Source: Balanoglossus misakiensis (taxonomy: Eukaryota; Animalia; Hemichordata). From it: a stretch of 64,000 nucleotides of DNA. Position numbers and translations under genes: made by a program. How positions within the stretch are numbered: position 1 is the first letter of the stretch; each line of letters starts with the position of its first letter. Under the pieces are notes generated by a model. The model was not told where the DNA came from, searched no databases, and saw only the letters and a list, made by a program, of their open reading frames with translations. The stretch lies in contig CM082598.2 of NCBI GenBank assembly GCA_040954595.2, forward strand, positions 9,749,097 through 9,813,096. Direction: 5' to 3'. Below, piece after piece: positions 42,101 to 54,100 of this stretch.

Positions 42101-45100
42101 GACTATTGGGAACCTGGTAAAGCTCTCTTACAGGATCCGGGAAAGTTTTTGGAAAGTCTGTTTAAGTATGATAAGGTATAGTATGACCAATTATTATACA
42201 TCTGGCACCGAGAATAGTAGAATTTTAGTGCTAATGTCCTCATGCATACTTTGTATTTTCATAATAACCTCATATTACAAAGGGATGCCCTCTCTTTACA
42301 ATGTCGTTTCAATGTCTATGTGTCTGTCAGTTGACACAAAATGGCAAGAACTTGTTACATTTCATGGGTGAGACTTGCATATCAATGAAGTAATCAAAAC
42401 TGATTTTTAGAACTGCTGTCACTTGTGTCAGCCGAGCTGTAGCAGTAGGTTGATAAGTGTCCGTCCGTCGTCTGTCGTCCATCAGCTTTTGGTATTTCAA
42501 TCTTCTTCTTTAAAACAACTTGGCATATTTAGCTGAAATTTGGTTGGAATGTGTGTTACGGTGCCCTTACCTGATTTTGTTAATTTGGATTTGATGGGGT
42601 CATGAATATGCAGATTAGATATAAAAATAGAATTTTTGGTCAAAAATCTTCTTCTCCATAACTACGTGTACGATGGAGCTGAAATTTGGTAGGAATGTGT
42701 GTTATGGTGCCCCTACCTGATTTTGTTAATTTGGATATGATGGGGTCATAAATATGCAAATTAGATCTAAAAATAGAATTTTTGGTAAAAAATCTTCTCC
42801 CTAACTACACGTACGATGGAGTTGAAATGTGGTAGGAATGTGTGTTATGGTGTCCCTACCTGATTTTTAGGTCCCATTGGTATGTACCAGAGTTTCCGGT
42901 TACGCAAAAATGTGCGTAATACACGCAATGGAAAATTTCTATACGCATATTGAACCGACAAGTGCGTCTGGCGTACGCAATGAAATTGACTCTGTTTTCG
43001 CCATTGAAAGTTCGAGCTAACAAAAGACTCATCAAACGACCGACAAACTAGACAGCACCTTGTGCACGCTTACATGTTTTGAATAAAATTGCAACATTCC
43101 AAACCATTTGCGCAGACGCTTGACCATGATAAAATGCAACAATTTTCGTTTAGCGCGCGTTCCAATCATCATGCCATGCGTCACGTACGTGTAATATCGA
43201 TCAACATGGCGGCAAAACAGTCAACTTTATTTTCATTTAAATTTACGTCGAAATCCTCTACTGATAATGGAAAGAAAGCCACTGAAATCGATGATTCGGA
43301 ACACCAAGAGTCAGTGGGGGATGCCCCACCAGTGAAAAAAATGCGAGAGAATGCAAAGACTGGCCACACAGAATTCAAAGATCAGTGGCTCGCCGAGTAC
43401 ATTTGTGTATCCGTGGTTACGGCACGACGTCGACGAAAGCGGCGGAAAAAAAGACACTCGTGCTTTTCTGTAAAGTTTGTGAAAAATATGGCAAAAAGAA
43501 TGCTTTCATGCATGGTTCTCGTGATCTTCAAAAATCGGCCATCAAACGGCATATGCAAGGCACTGATCATAGAGAAGCGACGTCATTTGTCTGTAAACGT
43601 AAAATCACGTCAAAAGCTGTTTGGTCTGTTTAGAATACTTTTTGGTTACAATGTGTGCCATTTGAAGTGTTTTGCATTATTTTGCAACAGTCTGCTAATG
43701 GTGTGATATGAATACATTGTACGCATTTAAATCACCTTCGTACGCATTTTTATTGACCTCTTGCGTATGGCATACGCTTGGGGAAAAAAACTACCGGAAA
43801 CTCTGTGTACCATGGGACCTTATGGGATCGGTTGCTCTGTATGTATGTATGTATATATGGATGGATGGATGGATGTCTGTATGTCCGTCCACATCAAAAA
43901 CTTGAAAACCGCTGCTCGTACGACCTCGATATTTGGTGTGTAGATGCAGGCCGGTCTGTAAATGGGAGTTTGTTCAAATGAAGTTGCCATTGACAAAAAT
44001 ATGCAAATTAGCTGGGAAAATGTGAAATTGGTCAAAACTCAAAAGCTCGACAATCACTGGTCAGATTGATTTGAAAATTGGTTTGCATGTACCTTATGTC
44101 TACCTCAAACAGTCCTGTATGTTTTGAGCTAATATAATCGATTTTCTATTTTTTATGCATTTGTTTGTATTTTTCCACGTTATCGGTAAAAAAATCTTCA
44201 TTTCTCATTTTCTGAAAGTGATGGGCCTATTTCTTTGAAATTTAGTATGAAGCTTCCTAAAGGTTGTCTTTGTAATCATAGTTTTGTTCAAATTGTTGCA
44301 AAATTTGCATATTTATGATTTTGAGCAATTTTTGCCAGTTTTGGTCAATGTTTTTTCTCTTTAAAACCGCATGCCAGATTGCTTTGTAATTTGGTAGGCA
44401 TGTTCCTAGGGGTAACCTAAATAATATGTTGTTAAAAAAATGTGATATTTGCATAAACGTGTTATTGGGGAAATTTTTCCCAATTTTTGTCAAAAATTGT
44501 TTTCTCTGAAACCGCTTGTCACATTGCATTGAACTTTGGCAGGCATGTTCCTCGTAGTGATTGAAGTAAGATATTGTACAATTTTGGTGATACTTGCATA
44601 TTTGTGTTTTTGCCACTTTTGAACAAATATTTTCTGTGAAACTGCTTGTTGGATTGCTTTGAAATTTGTTTTTTCTCTGATTGCTTTGAAATTTAGGATA
44701 CAATTTCATAACACATACATGTTTATGTGCAACTTTTATTCAATTCTGATATCAGAAATATTCAATATTTAGCGATTGTTTTGTAAGTTTCTTTGTTTTT
44801 GGTTAGCAAATCTTCTCTTAAACCAATTGTCCAGTTGTTCTGAAAGTTACTGTTTACAGGGAGTTGTTACCCCCAACTTAAACATGTTTACATAACTTTA
44901 ATAGGCCAGCTGTTACAGAGACCACCAGCTATTAAAATTTTAATTACCAGTGGCAGGTCAGTGAGCATCTCTGTGTGTCTGTGTATGTGTCTGTCTGTTC
45001 AGGGGCTGAAAGTCAGCAGAGCTCTTTTGACCAATAGGTCACTTGTTTTCTTTCTTCTGATAATGGTTATGTTGGCTTACTCACAGAATTGGAAAACTGC

Positions 45101-48100
45101 CGCCAATAGCAATCTCAATGTTGCACAGAAAGATCACTATCACTATCATGACATTGGTATAGTTTTCAAACTCAAAAGCATTCAGTTCATATCTGGTTTA
45201 CGGGTTTATCTGTTGCAACACCAGTACCGGTAGTAGTCAAGGTATAGACAATTAAAGAAACTCAAAGGATCTGTATGAAAAAACAAAGACTGTAATATGT
45301 TCTGATAACATCACTTGGTAAACTTTTAGGAACATAGACACATAGACACTTCTTAAGGTAGAATGCACCTCAACTTTCTCTCAAATTCTCTCTTTAGATT
45401 GTTCTCTCCCATAAAATGAGAATAAAAATTGAAAGGTTTGGAGAACTATCATTTATCTGAAAATCTGTCCCTGGGGTGTGTATTATGGGAAGTTGGGTGG
45501 AAGGTTACAAAATCTAGTGTAGTGAGCTCATCTCTTTCATGGATAGTGTATATTGTTATACTATGATTGTATTACAGGACAATATCCCAGATTCTAACAT
45601 TGCTAAGATTCAACCATACATTGACAGTGAAGAATTTCAACCAGCAGCTATTGCCAAAGTATCCAAGGCGTGTACATCTATATGTCAATGGGTCAGAGCT
45701 ATGCATAAATATCACTTTGTGGCTAAAGGAGTTGCACCTAAAAGAGTAAGTTATATTATTCATTTCAATTCAAGGCATTAAATCAGCAAACAGGGTTCAT
45801 GCACTTTTGCAATGAAATTTTTTGAATTGTAGGCCAATTATAGAGGAACCTTCATTACTGCAAAATGAAATTTATAATCTCTTTGATTTAGCTGTTGATG
45901 ATTTAGCACAAGTTGATAAATGATCACCAATGTGCTTGTGAAAGCAGGACGTAAACCTGTACAACCTTGAGTATACACTGCAACTAGACCCACTGAAATT
46001 TTAAACAAATTTGTTTAATTTATCATGAGAGAATGCTCATCACATATACCTGTATATACATCGTACAGGTTCACCATATTCTGGCAGACTGTATATGCGC
46101 ATAAGATGACATCAGAATGAATGGAATATTTACCCATCTAACTTTTTGTTCAGGAAAAATTAAGAATAGCTCAAGAGGACTTGGCAGAAACACAGCGCAT
46201 CTTAGATGAGGCAAAGGCTCGTCTACAAGAAGTAGAGGATGGTATTGCTACTTTGCAAGCCAAATATGAAGACTGTGTCTCCAAGAAGGAAGAGTTAGAA
46301 AGAAATGTAGAAGAGTGTGAGCAGAGACTTATCAGAGCTGATAAGGTAATATACCAGGTTCATACAGGGTAAAATTTGAGACACTATTTTCCTATGGTAA
46401 ACACAGAGCATTAATCGTTTGAGTCGCCTTGTGTCCACACACACAAAGTTTATGTATAGGCGCTGAGGCTCGGTCCCATAGACAATGGGTTGCGGAGAGG
46501 TGTTAATCCTTGCACCTGCTCAGGTCTGGCCGGCAAAGCCGTCTCAAATCTGAGGCATTTCTGGGCCACTGAAACCGTCCACACATAATAATTTATGCCA
46601 GAATTTGATCTGACACATTTCAGAAACGTATTGATGGTCCCAGTGTGACCCCCAAATATTTGTCAGGCCTGAGACTAATCGAAAGTTATAAGACCAAAGT
46701 TTAAGGAAAGCACTGTTATGAAGATTGCCTGCTAGGGAAACATTTTGTGGTCATATCTTGTGTTAATTGCATTGAGATATGCCAGGCTTGATGAGGGTTT
46801 GAAAATTACCATTCAACAAATGTTGTACATCTGCCACTTATATATTATCTCTATAACCAATCATAAATAATGTTACATAAATCTGTGGGAGGCATCATCG
46901 TCTAGTGGTTGAGCATCGGACTCATGATTGAAGGATCGTGGGTTTGAGCCCCGACATGGCTGTGGTGTTGTGTCCTTTGGCAAGGCACTTTACTTCTCAC
47001 TGCTTCTCCCCACCCAGGAGTAATGGGTACTTGGTAGGACAGAGATTGCAATGTGTATGTTTAGGTCTGCTGGGCTGATATAATGGCTGCACATGTGTGC
47101 TGTTGTTTGCTCCCCTCCCCCCTCCCCAGGTTGCATGGAATATTTCGGTCCAACGACCAAGGTCCAATGATCATGGGGAAAAACTTTAAAGCACATTGAG
47201 ATGTATCATGTAATGCGCTACATGTATATAAATTATAAGAAATAAATATTTTTGTTTTTTTCTACAGCTAATAGGAGGGTTGGCAGATGAGAAAGACCGT
47301 TGGGGTGAATCAGTTCAAGAGCTGGAATCCATCATTGACAATATCGTTGGCAATGTATTGATGTCTGCTGGATATGTTGCGTACCTAGGTCCCTTTACAG
47401 TAAGTTTTGCTTTTCTTTGGAACATTTTCTAACAAGTTTTCTATTTTGACTCATCACAAATAATAAGAGATTATTGGTAAACAAGAAACTTGCTTATTGA
47501 TTGATTATCCAGATTTTCTTTATGCAGTGTTTGTCATCAATTTCACCAAATTGGAGTTATGTATGGGTGTCTCAAAACACATTGTGCGACAAGAAAGTGC
47601 TAGTCGCACTTTGAGGGAAATGCTATCTGCGACCACTAGCACTTTGATTCTGCGACCACTAGCACTTTGATTCTGCGACCACTAGCACTTGCATTCTGCG
47701 ACCACTAGCACTTTGATTCTGCGACCACTAGCACTTGCATTCTGCTACAAGATTTTTTATTGGTTGTGTAACTTATGTGCGCAATTAATACCCCATTGAC
47801 AGTAACGAGGTGTGAACGATTCGACAAGGCAACGTCAATGCCCGATGCTTTCCCGGCCGATCCCAAGTTCGTCACGTTGATAAGTGCGGCAGTCATGCCC
47901 TGGCCGTTGCGTCGCCTTTCCGTACTGTTTGTACAAACATGCAACCACAACTGTACATGAAAAAACTAGCTGCGTATTGCTCTCAGACTAAAACATCAAT
48001 GCAATGAGAAAACGTTGATAAAACATTATTTATATAGACAGAATAAAGGAAAAAGTTTATTAACGTAAGTACTGTACTCGATCGTATCGGCATCTTGAAG

Positions 48101-51100
48101 TCCTATTTTTAACACGCAAAGGTCACGGGTTCATGTGGGCGCGCACAACACTTAACTGCACTCATGCTACAGAAATACACACAGTCGTTTTTCAACATAA
48201 AAATATTACCTTTATTTAGACATAAAACCACTAAAGGCAAGTATACCGATCACGGAAGCAAGTAGTCAGATTCATCGAGCGATTCATCTGATGAGTGCAG
48301 CGCGACCTTGACCATATTCTACGATGTCAAAGGTCAGGTCATTCAAAAATGGCGATTGTGTTGTCATCGCATCGCAAATGCGCATTTCGCGCTCGTTTAA
48401 TAGCTAGTTTTACTCAGCTACAAAAATCGACAAACCAGAGTTCTTATTAAAGTCGGTGTAAAATCAGACTTGGATATGATCTAGTAGAAATGAAAGGTCA
48501 GTATTTAACCAAACGGAAATTACGTGGATCGTGTATTTTGTACATGACACGAGTACAACATATCAAGTTATCATCTTGAAAGAAAGTTGAATGTCGCGAT
48601 ACTTTCAAAACCCCTCGATCGATACGACTGTGCTTTTTGAAACTGGTTTTTATTCAAGCTTGTTGGTCGCAAATGATCACAGCGCACAATGCAAGTACCA
48701 GTGGTCGCAGAATCAAAGTGCTAGTGGTCGGAGAATCAAAGTGCTAGTGGTCGCAGATAGCATTTCCCTCAAAGTGCGACTAGCACTTTCTTGTCGCACA
48801 ATGTGTTTTGAGACACCCGTATATACCTGCAAATTGCTACAATCAATAAGCGTTAGACCATTATGGCCAACAAGATCTCGAAAATCACGAGACGAGCGCG
48901 AGATAAGAGTTTGGGGGGCAGCCAGAGTTAGAGGTAGTGGAAACCATCACACAACTCATGTGTGTGCGGTAGCCACTTCATCACTGGAAAACCCAGCCCA
49001 GATCGAAATTCGCCGGACTTTGGTACCACTGTAGTACACAACTCCTAAACCGTCCAAGGACAATATTCGAATATCTATCAGCTGTCGAACTATCGCGACC
49101 GAGTTAAATAAAGGAAATGTGGCTGCACACATTGTGTTTCAGTGTTCTGTAGTATGTCAACTCATGTATAGATTTTTGTGAGTAGTTGTGTTGTGTTTTC
49201 TTTTTTGTTTCTGTTATATATTTGTTGGCTTTTGGTAAGAAATTAGGCCATAGCGATACAAAGTCCGATCGGTTGTGTCTCGGACACTTTTACCCTTTCA
49301 CTCTATCGTTTGAGAACCCTGAGTAGTTCCAACATCAGCTGCGTGTAAATACATGTGTGCATGCACGCGTGTATCATTATTAGGGGCACAAGCCTATCGG
49401 GCTTTTGCCCCTATTGGTATTGTTGGAATTTTTCTTTATTCCGTCTTCTTCTTCTTCTTTCGAGAAATTCGGCAAGGTAGATCTGGAAAACCGCAGCACC
49501 TAGGGGGCTGAAACTTGGTAGGGTGATAGGGGCCAATGAGTAGATGTGCAGTGGCATATTTAGTTAGTCACGTGACCTGGCGGCCATATTGGATTTTCTG
49601 AAAACCTTTAAACGACTTTTTTTCAAAAACTACAGGGCCAATCAAGTTCTAATTTGGTGTGTAGTATACATGTCCTCTGCCCTTCAAAGTTTGACAATAA
49701 AATCCCGAGCGGTCACGTGACTTTGGCCGCCATATTTACCTCAAAGTATTTGTTGATTTCTTTTTTATTTTGTTCAAAATAGCACAATATATGGGCAAGA
49801 ATTCTAATTCCTACAAACTAATATAATACACAATATTTATTTTTAAAATGTCTTTTTGTTTGCAGTCTGAATCGTGCTTGTCTACAATTTTTGTGAGGCT
49901 CAACACAGTTGAATTTGCAATTTCTGTCTCATTGAAAAGATATTAAAGGCACCCTGCTTTCTGGTAATATTAAACTTAAAGAGTCATTAGCTTTAACTTT
50001 TGTCAATTTTTATCTGTTATGTTTTAGTCCTCTGTGTCAAGTGCACTTTCTTGGTCCACTCCTCAGAGTATGCTCATGTGTAACAGCAAATGTTTTGCCT
50101 GTGATGTACCTATTGTTTTGATTATAGTACAAACACATAAAATTATATTGTTTTGTGCCAGCCAAAATTGTTAGAAAAAAGTTTTAAAAAAAGACATAAA
50201 ATTGTGCATGACTACATTATTTTTTAATTTACCCATTGAAAAACAAGAAACATTTTATTTATGTTTTTGCCAAAACTTGCAGAATCTTTTGAAAATACTG
50301 TAAAGGACACAATCTCGTGTTTGATTTGAATTTTCTAAAAAATACTTGATTGTTGATTGTAAAAAAGAGTCGGTTTAGTGATAGTCGGCGGCTCTGTGTG
50401 TCGCGGGCAGTTGCATGATTCCAAACTTGCCAGGTTTACTTCGCCCAGAGTTGGGAATTTGTCCGAGATCATACCCAGGTCGACGTATGCTGCGCGGGAG
50501 ATGAATATGCGGTCTGTGGAGTCTGTGACATACACGATTTAGCGCGTTACCAACTTTCGAGCATCACCAGTATCGCCGGCGAACCTAATCACCGCGGCTC
50601 CAAAGAAGCGGATCCCTTCGTTGTTTGCAGCTTTCATGGTCATGGTATTAAGTCCGCAGTACTCAGGCCCATTTTTGGGGCAACTTTGATGCCAATTAAG
50701 CAGCTTTGACACCCTGTGTCGGCCATGATGGGAAGGGACACCGTGCGAGTGCGCTTCATGAGGTCGAAGCCCAGTGCTTTGTAATCTTCCCGTTCACTGG
50801 TGAGGGTAATGTTGACGTATGGCTGCGGGCTGGACACGCGTTTCATCCACTTGTCGCACATGTCATCTTACAGGTGATGATCGAGGGGGAGCGTGCATAG
50901 CTCTTCATCTGTGTGGGTTGTGGTGGCCGTGCACAGTTCGGTAAATACCGCTGTCTGCTCGTCATGCACCTCATCAGTTTCATTGGGTGGGGGCCTGGTC
51001 AGTCGGTTGCTCCGACACGCCCTGTCGAGGTGATTTTGGCAGCCACATTTCTGGCACTTTTTTCCATATGCAGGGCATTCGGTACGTGTGATGTGCCATT

Positions 51101-54100
51101 GGGGTGTTTTGCCATGGCCTACCTCACTGCAATAAATGCATATCCCCTCAGGTTTAATTTTCGGTTTTTCCGGCCTGGTTTTCTTCTCAGTGCGGACGTT
51201 CCGTTGTTTTACCTGCCGGTCGACTTGTATATTTCAAGTATTCAAGTCAAGATGGCGGCTGTTTTGAAACCCATTGCCGATCGAAGTTGAATAACTGGGG
51301 AAAACGTAGGCAAAATCGACAAATACCGCAACATCCTTTGCCAGCTAAGCGCTGAATGGGTTCCGGGACCAATTTGGCGAAAAAATTGTGGAAAATTGTG
51401 GACTGGAGACGTCTGGAGTGTAGAAATTCGCTCCGGGCCCAAATCCTGGTCGCTCGTTGTGCGGTTTAGAATGGCTGGGACCTGCAGCCCCGCCCTCTCC
51501 CCGCAAAACCAAAAATCGTCCAGGGGAGATGGAGGGGCTGCAAACTGCAGCAAAGCCGAGCACTGCTTCGCGGCGGATGTTGATGTGTACAGTGGATTGT
51601 TGTGGTGATATGCACAGCGACCTGTCTGTTGTCATGGGTGCTGCCGTAGTCCACTAACTCCGCATCTAGTATTGCCTTGTTAAGTGTCCGTAGCTCCGCT
51701 CGGTTGCCGTGGCTTGTTTCGTTATAAATAAGAACACGATTCTATTTGTTTGATCACTTTATGTGACAACAATAACGAAACAAGTACAGAGCAAGTACAG
51801 TTGGAAATGTGAGAGTGTCTTGCAATGCAACATGGTCGCGCATGCGCATTAACACAAGGATCGTCTATATGCTGTGACGTAATGTTCTCTAAAACGTGGA
51901 AAACAGCGTAAAGTACATTTGCTTGAAGAATTCTTCGCTGTGCTTGCTCGACTTCTTGCGAGTGACATTGCTATTTTGCCAGAACAGGGCGTATTCAATA
52001 CCTGGACATGGTCGCGCTAAACTTGTTCGCCACAAAGTTAAACTGGGGCAAATTAATATAGGCCGTAAATGTTGATTTTAACCACAAATATCTTGCTATA
52101 GCCACACATAACTTATGATCAGTATATGACACAGTAAAATTCTTTCAAAATTAAAAAGACTACTGGAGTGGCGAACTGATCAGGCCGCATTGGCAATCGC
52201 GTTCAATCAGGCCACAGCCTGTCAAAAACTATACAACTGCCCCGGCCCCGCTTAGATACCAGGATCGTAACACTGATGTCAAACGTCCTCGCTGCATCAT
52301 TACCAAACAAGTTGAAAATCTGATTTGATAAGTTTTAATATCTTGTAAGTTGAAGATGAAGGAGGCAAAATGGGTGGTTGTGAATTATGCTGGCTCCCCC
52401 GGAGTGACATTAACGCGGTCAGCATCTACGTTAAAATACGATCCGCGGCGTGCGAAAACTCTGACAACCATGAACAGACCCCCCCCCCTATAAATGGCGT
52501 CGTCTATGACAGTTCGTCGACATCACAGCATTTACAAGAAAGAACCGATCTGATGACACTCGTGAACGCTGACATTAAAGGCCTCGGTTTTACTAATTGT
52601 GACACTGTGCTTATTTCAAACCGATCACTAGGCCTAGTAGTACTACTTTTCCATCTCGATCATCAAGTGATGTTCGGAATTTGTCGCTAACTTCTCGTAA
52701 CAACCAACTATTTTAAAAGTGATTCCGTGGTCTTTAATTTAAGATACTGCTTCAAATCCCTTGTCTTCCAAGTTTATAAAAACTTTAATGACAAGCGACA
52801 AGCTGCTGACGATGCCGTTTCGCAGTAATGTAACGTCTTACTCATACGTGTAAACTCTGCAGGGCTGCCCCCCAAACGCTTATCTCGCGCTTGTCTCGTG
52901 ATTTTCGAGATCTCGTCGGCCATAATGGTCTAACGCTTATTCATTGTATTCTAAAGCATACTTTGATCACAAACATCTCTGCAAATGGTTTCAGAATAAA
53001 CGTTGCCTATTAACAGAAGCAACAATGCACGTGTATCACTATCAAGTCTGGCGGTCAAACTAGGGTTCCTCCAGTTTGACACCAGAGTGTAACGCTCACA
53101 TATGTGTATCTATTTGTGCCAATCGAGTCATGATGTCATTCTAGCTGAGGATACAATCCAGAGCTGGAGTAAAAGAACTACCATTATGTTGCAAGCAGTC
53201 ACACTAATTACTAAAGGTTTGAAGTGCAATACAGTGTTGGTATTTTTGTTAAAGGGGAAATCCGTCGTAGCTGATTTCTACATAATTTGGTAGCTTTGAT
53301 GTCACTCTTTCAGAAAGAACACACCTTCGCTGTGTATAAGTCGCGCGATTTTTTACAAAAACGAGGGAAAGTTGGCAGAATTTCCAATATGGCGTTTACT
53401 GTAATTTGAATCATGGGGAAAAAAGCGCCAGGACCAACTTCCGCCCACCTTAGTGTGGGTGATACCATTTTCCGATTGGTGTCACTGCGTCACAAGCTAA
53501 GCGTATTTGCATATTTTCCATGGGTTATAGCTCATGAAAACTGTCAATAGATGACAAATTTTCGACTTTGCTGATGATTGTTTATCAACTGATGCAGAGA
53601 ACAAACAATAGCTATGAAAATACGTCTAGTCTGTCACCCAGTGACACCTATCGGAGAATGGTATCACCCACACCATGGTGGGCGGAAGTTGGTCCTGGCG
53701 CTTTTTTTCCCATGATTCAAATTACAGTAAACGCCATATTGGAAATTCTGCCAACTTTCACTAGATTTTGTAAAAAAATAACGCGACCTATACATGGCGA
53801 ATATGTTTTTTTCTGAAAGAGTGACATCAAAGCTACCAAATTATGTAGAAATCAGCTACGACGGATTTCCCCTTTAAGCCAATTGCTTCAACTCACACAC
53901 CAGCTGATCATGAATTAGACTATTTCCTGTATTCTGATGATCCACTGACTGCTACTGGCAATATATCCCATATGACACACAAGCAGGCAAGATTACAAGG
54001 ATGAATGTGTTTGTCTTGTAGGGAGAGTATCGAGCTTTCTTCCAAGATGAATGGATGGAGAAATTTATAACATTTGATGTACCACACACCAAAGAAAGTG

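Noticed and set aside
43089-43706. 205-aa ORF as a nested host gene
   Set aside because: Lies within a TIR element; only part matches a frameshifted transposon zinc finger.
46887-46965. Possible tRNA gene
   Set aside because: Acceptor stem does not pair well and the sequence runs into a SINE body and tail.
47628-47745. 23-bp direct repeats resembling a CRISPR array
   Set aside because: No spacers; the units are contiguous and mirrored at the other end of a TIR element in eukaryotic DNA.
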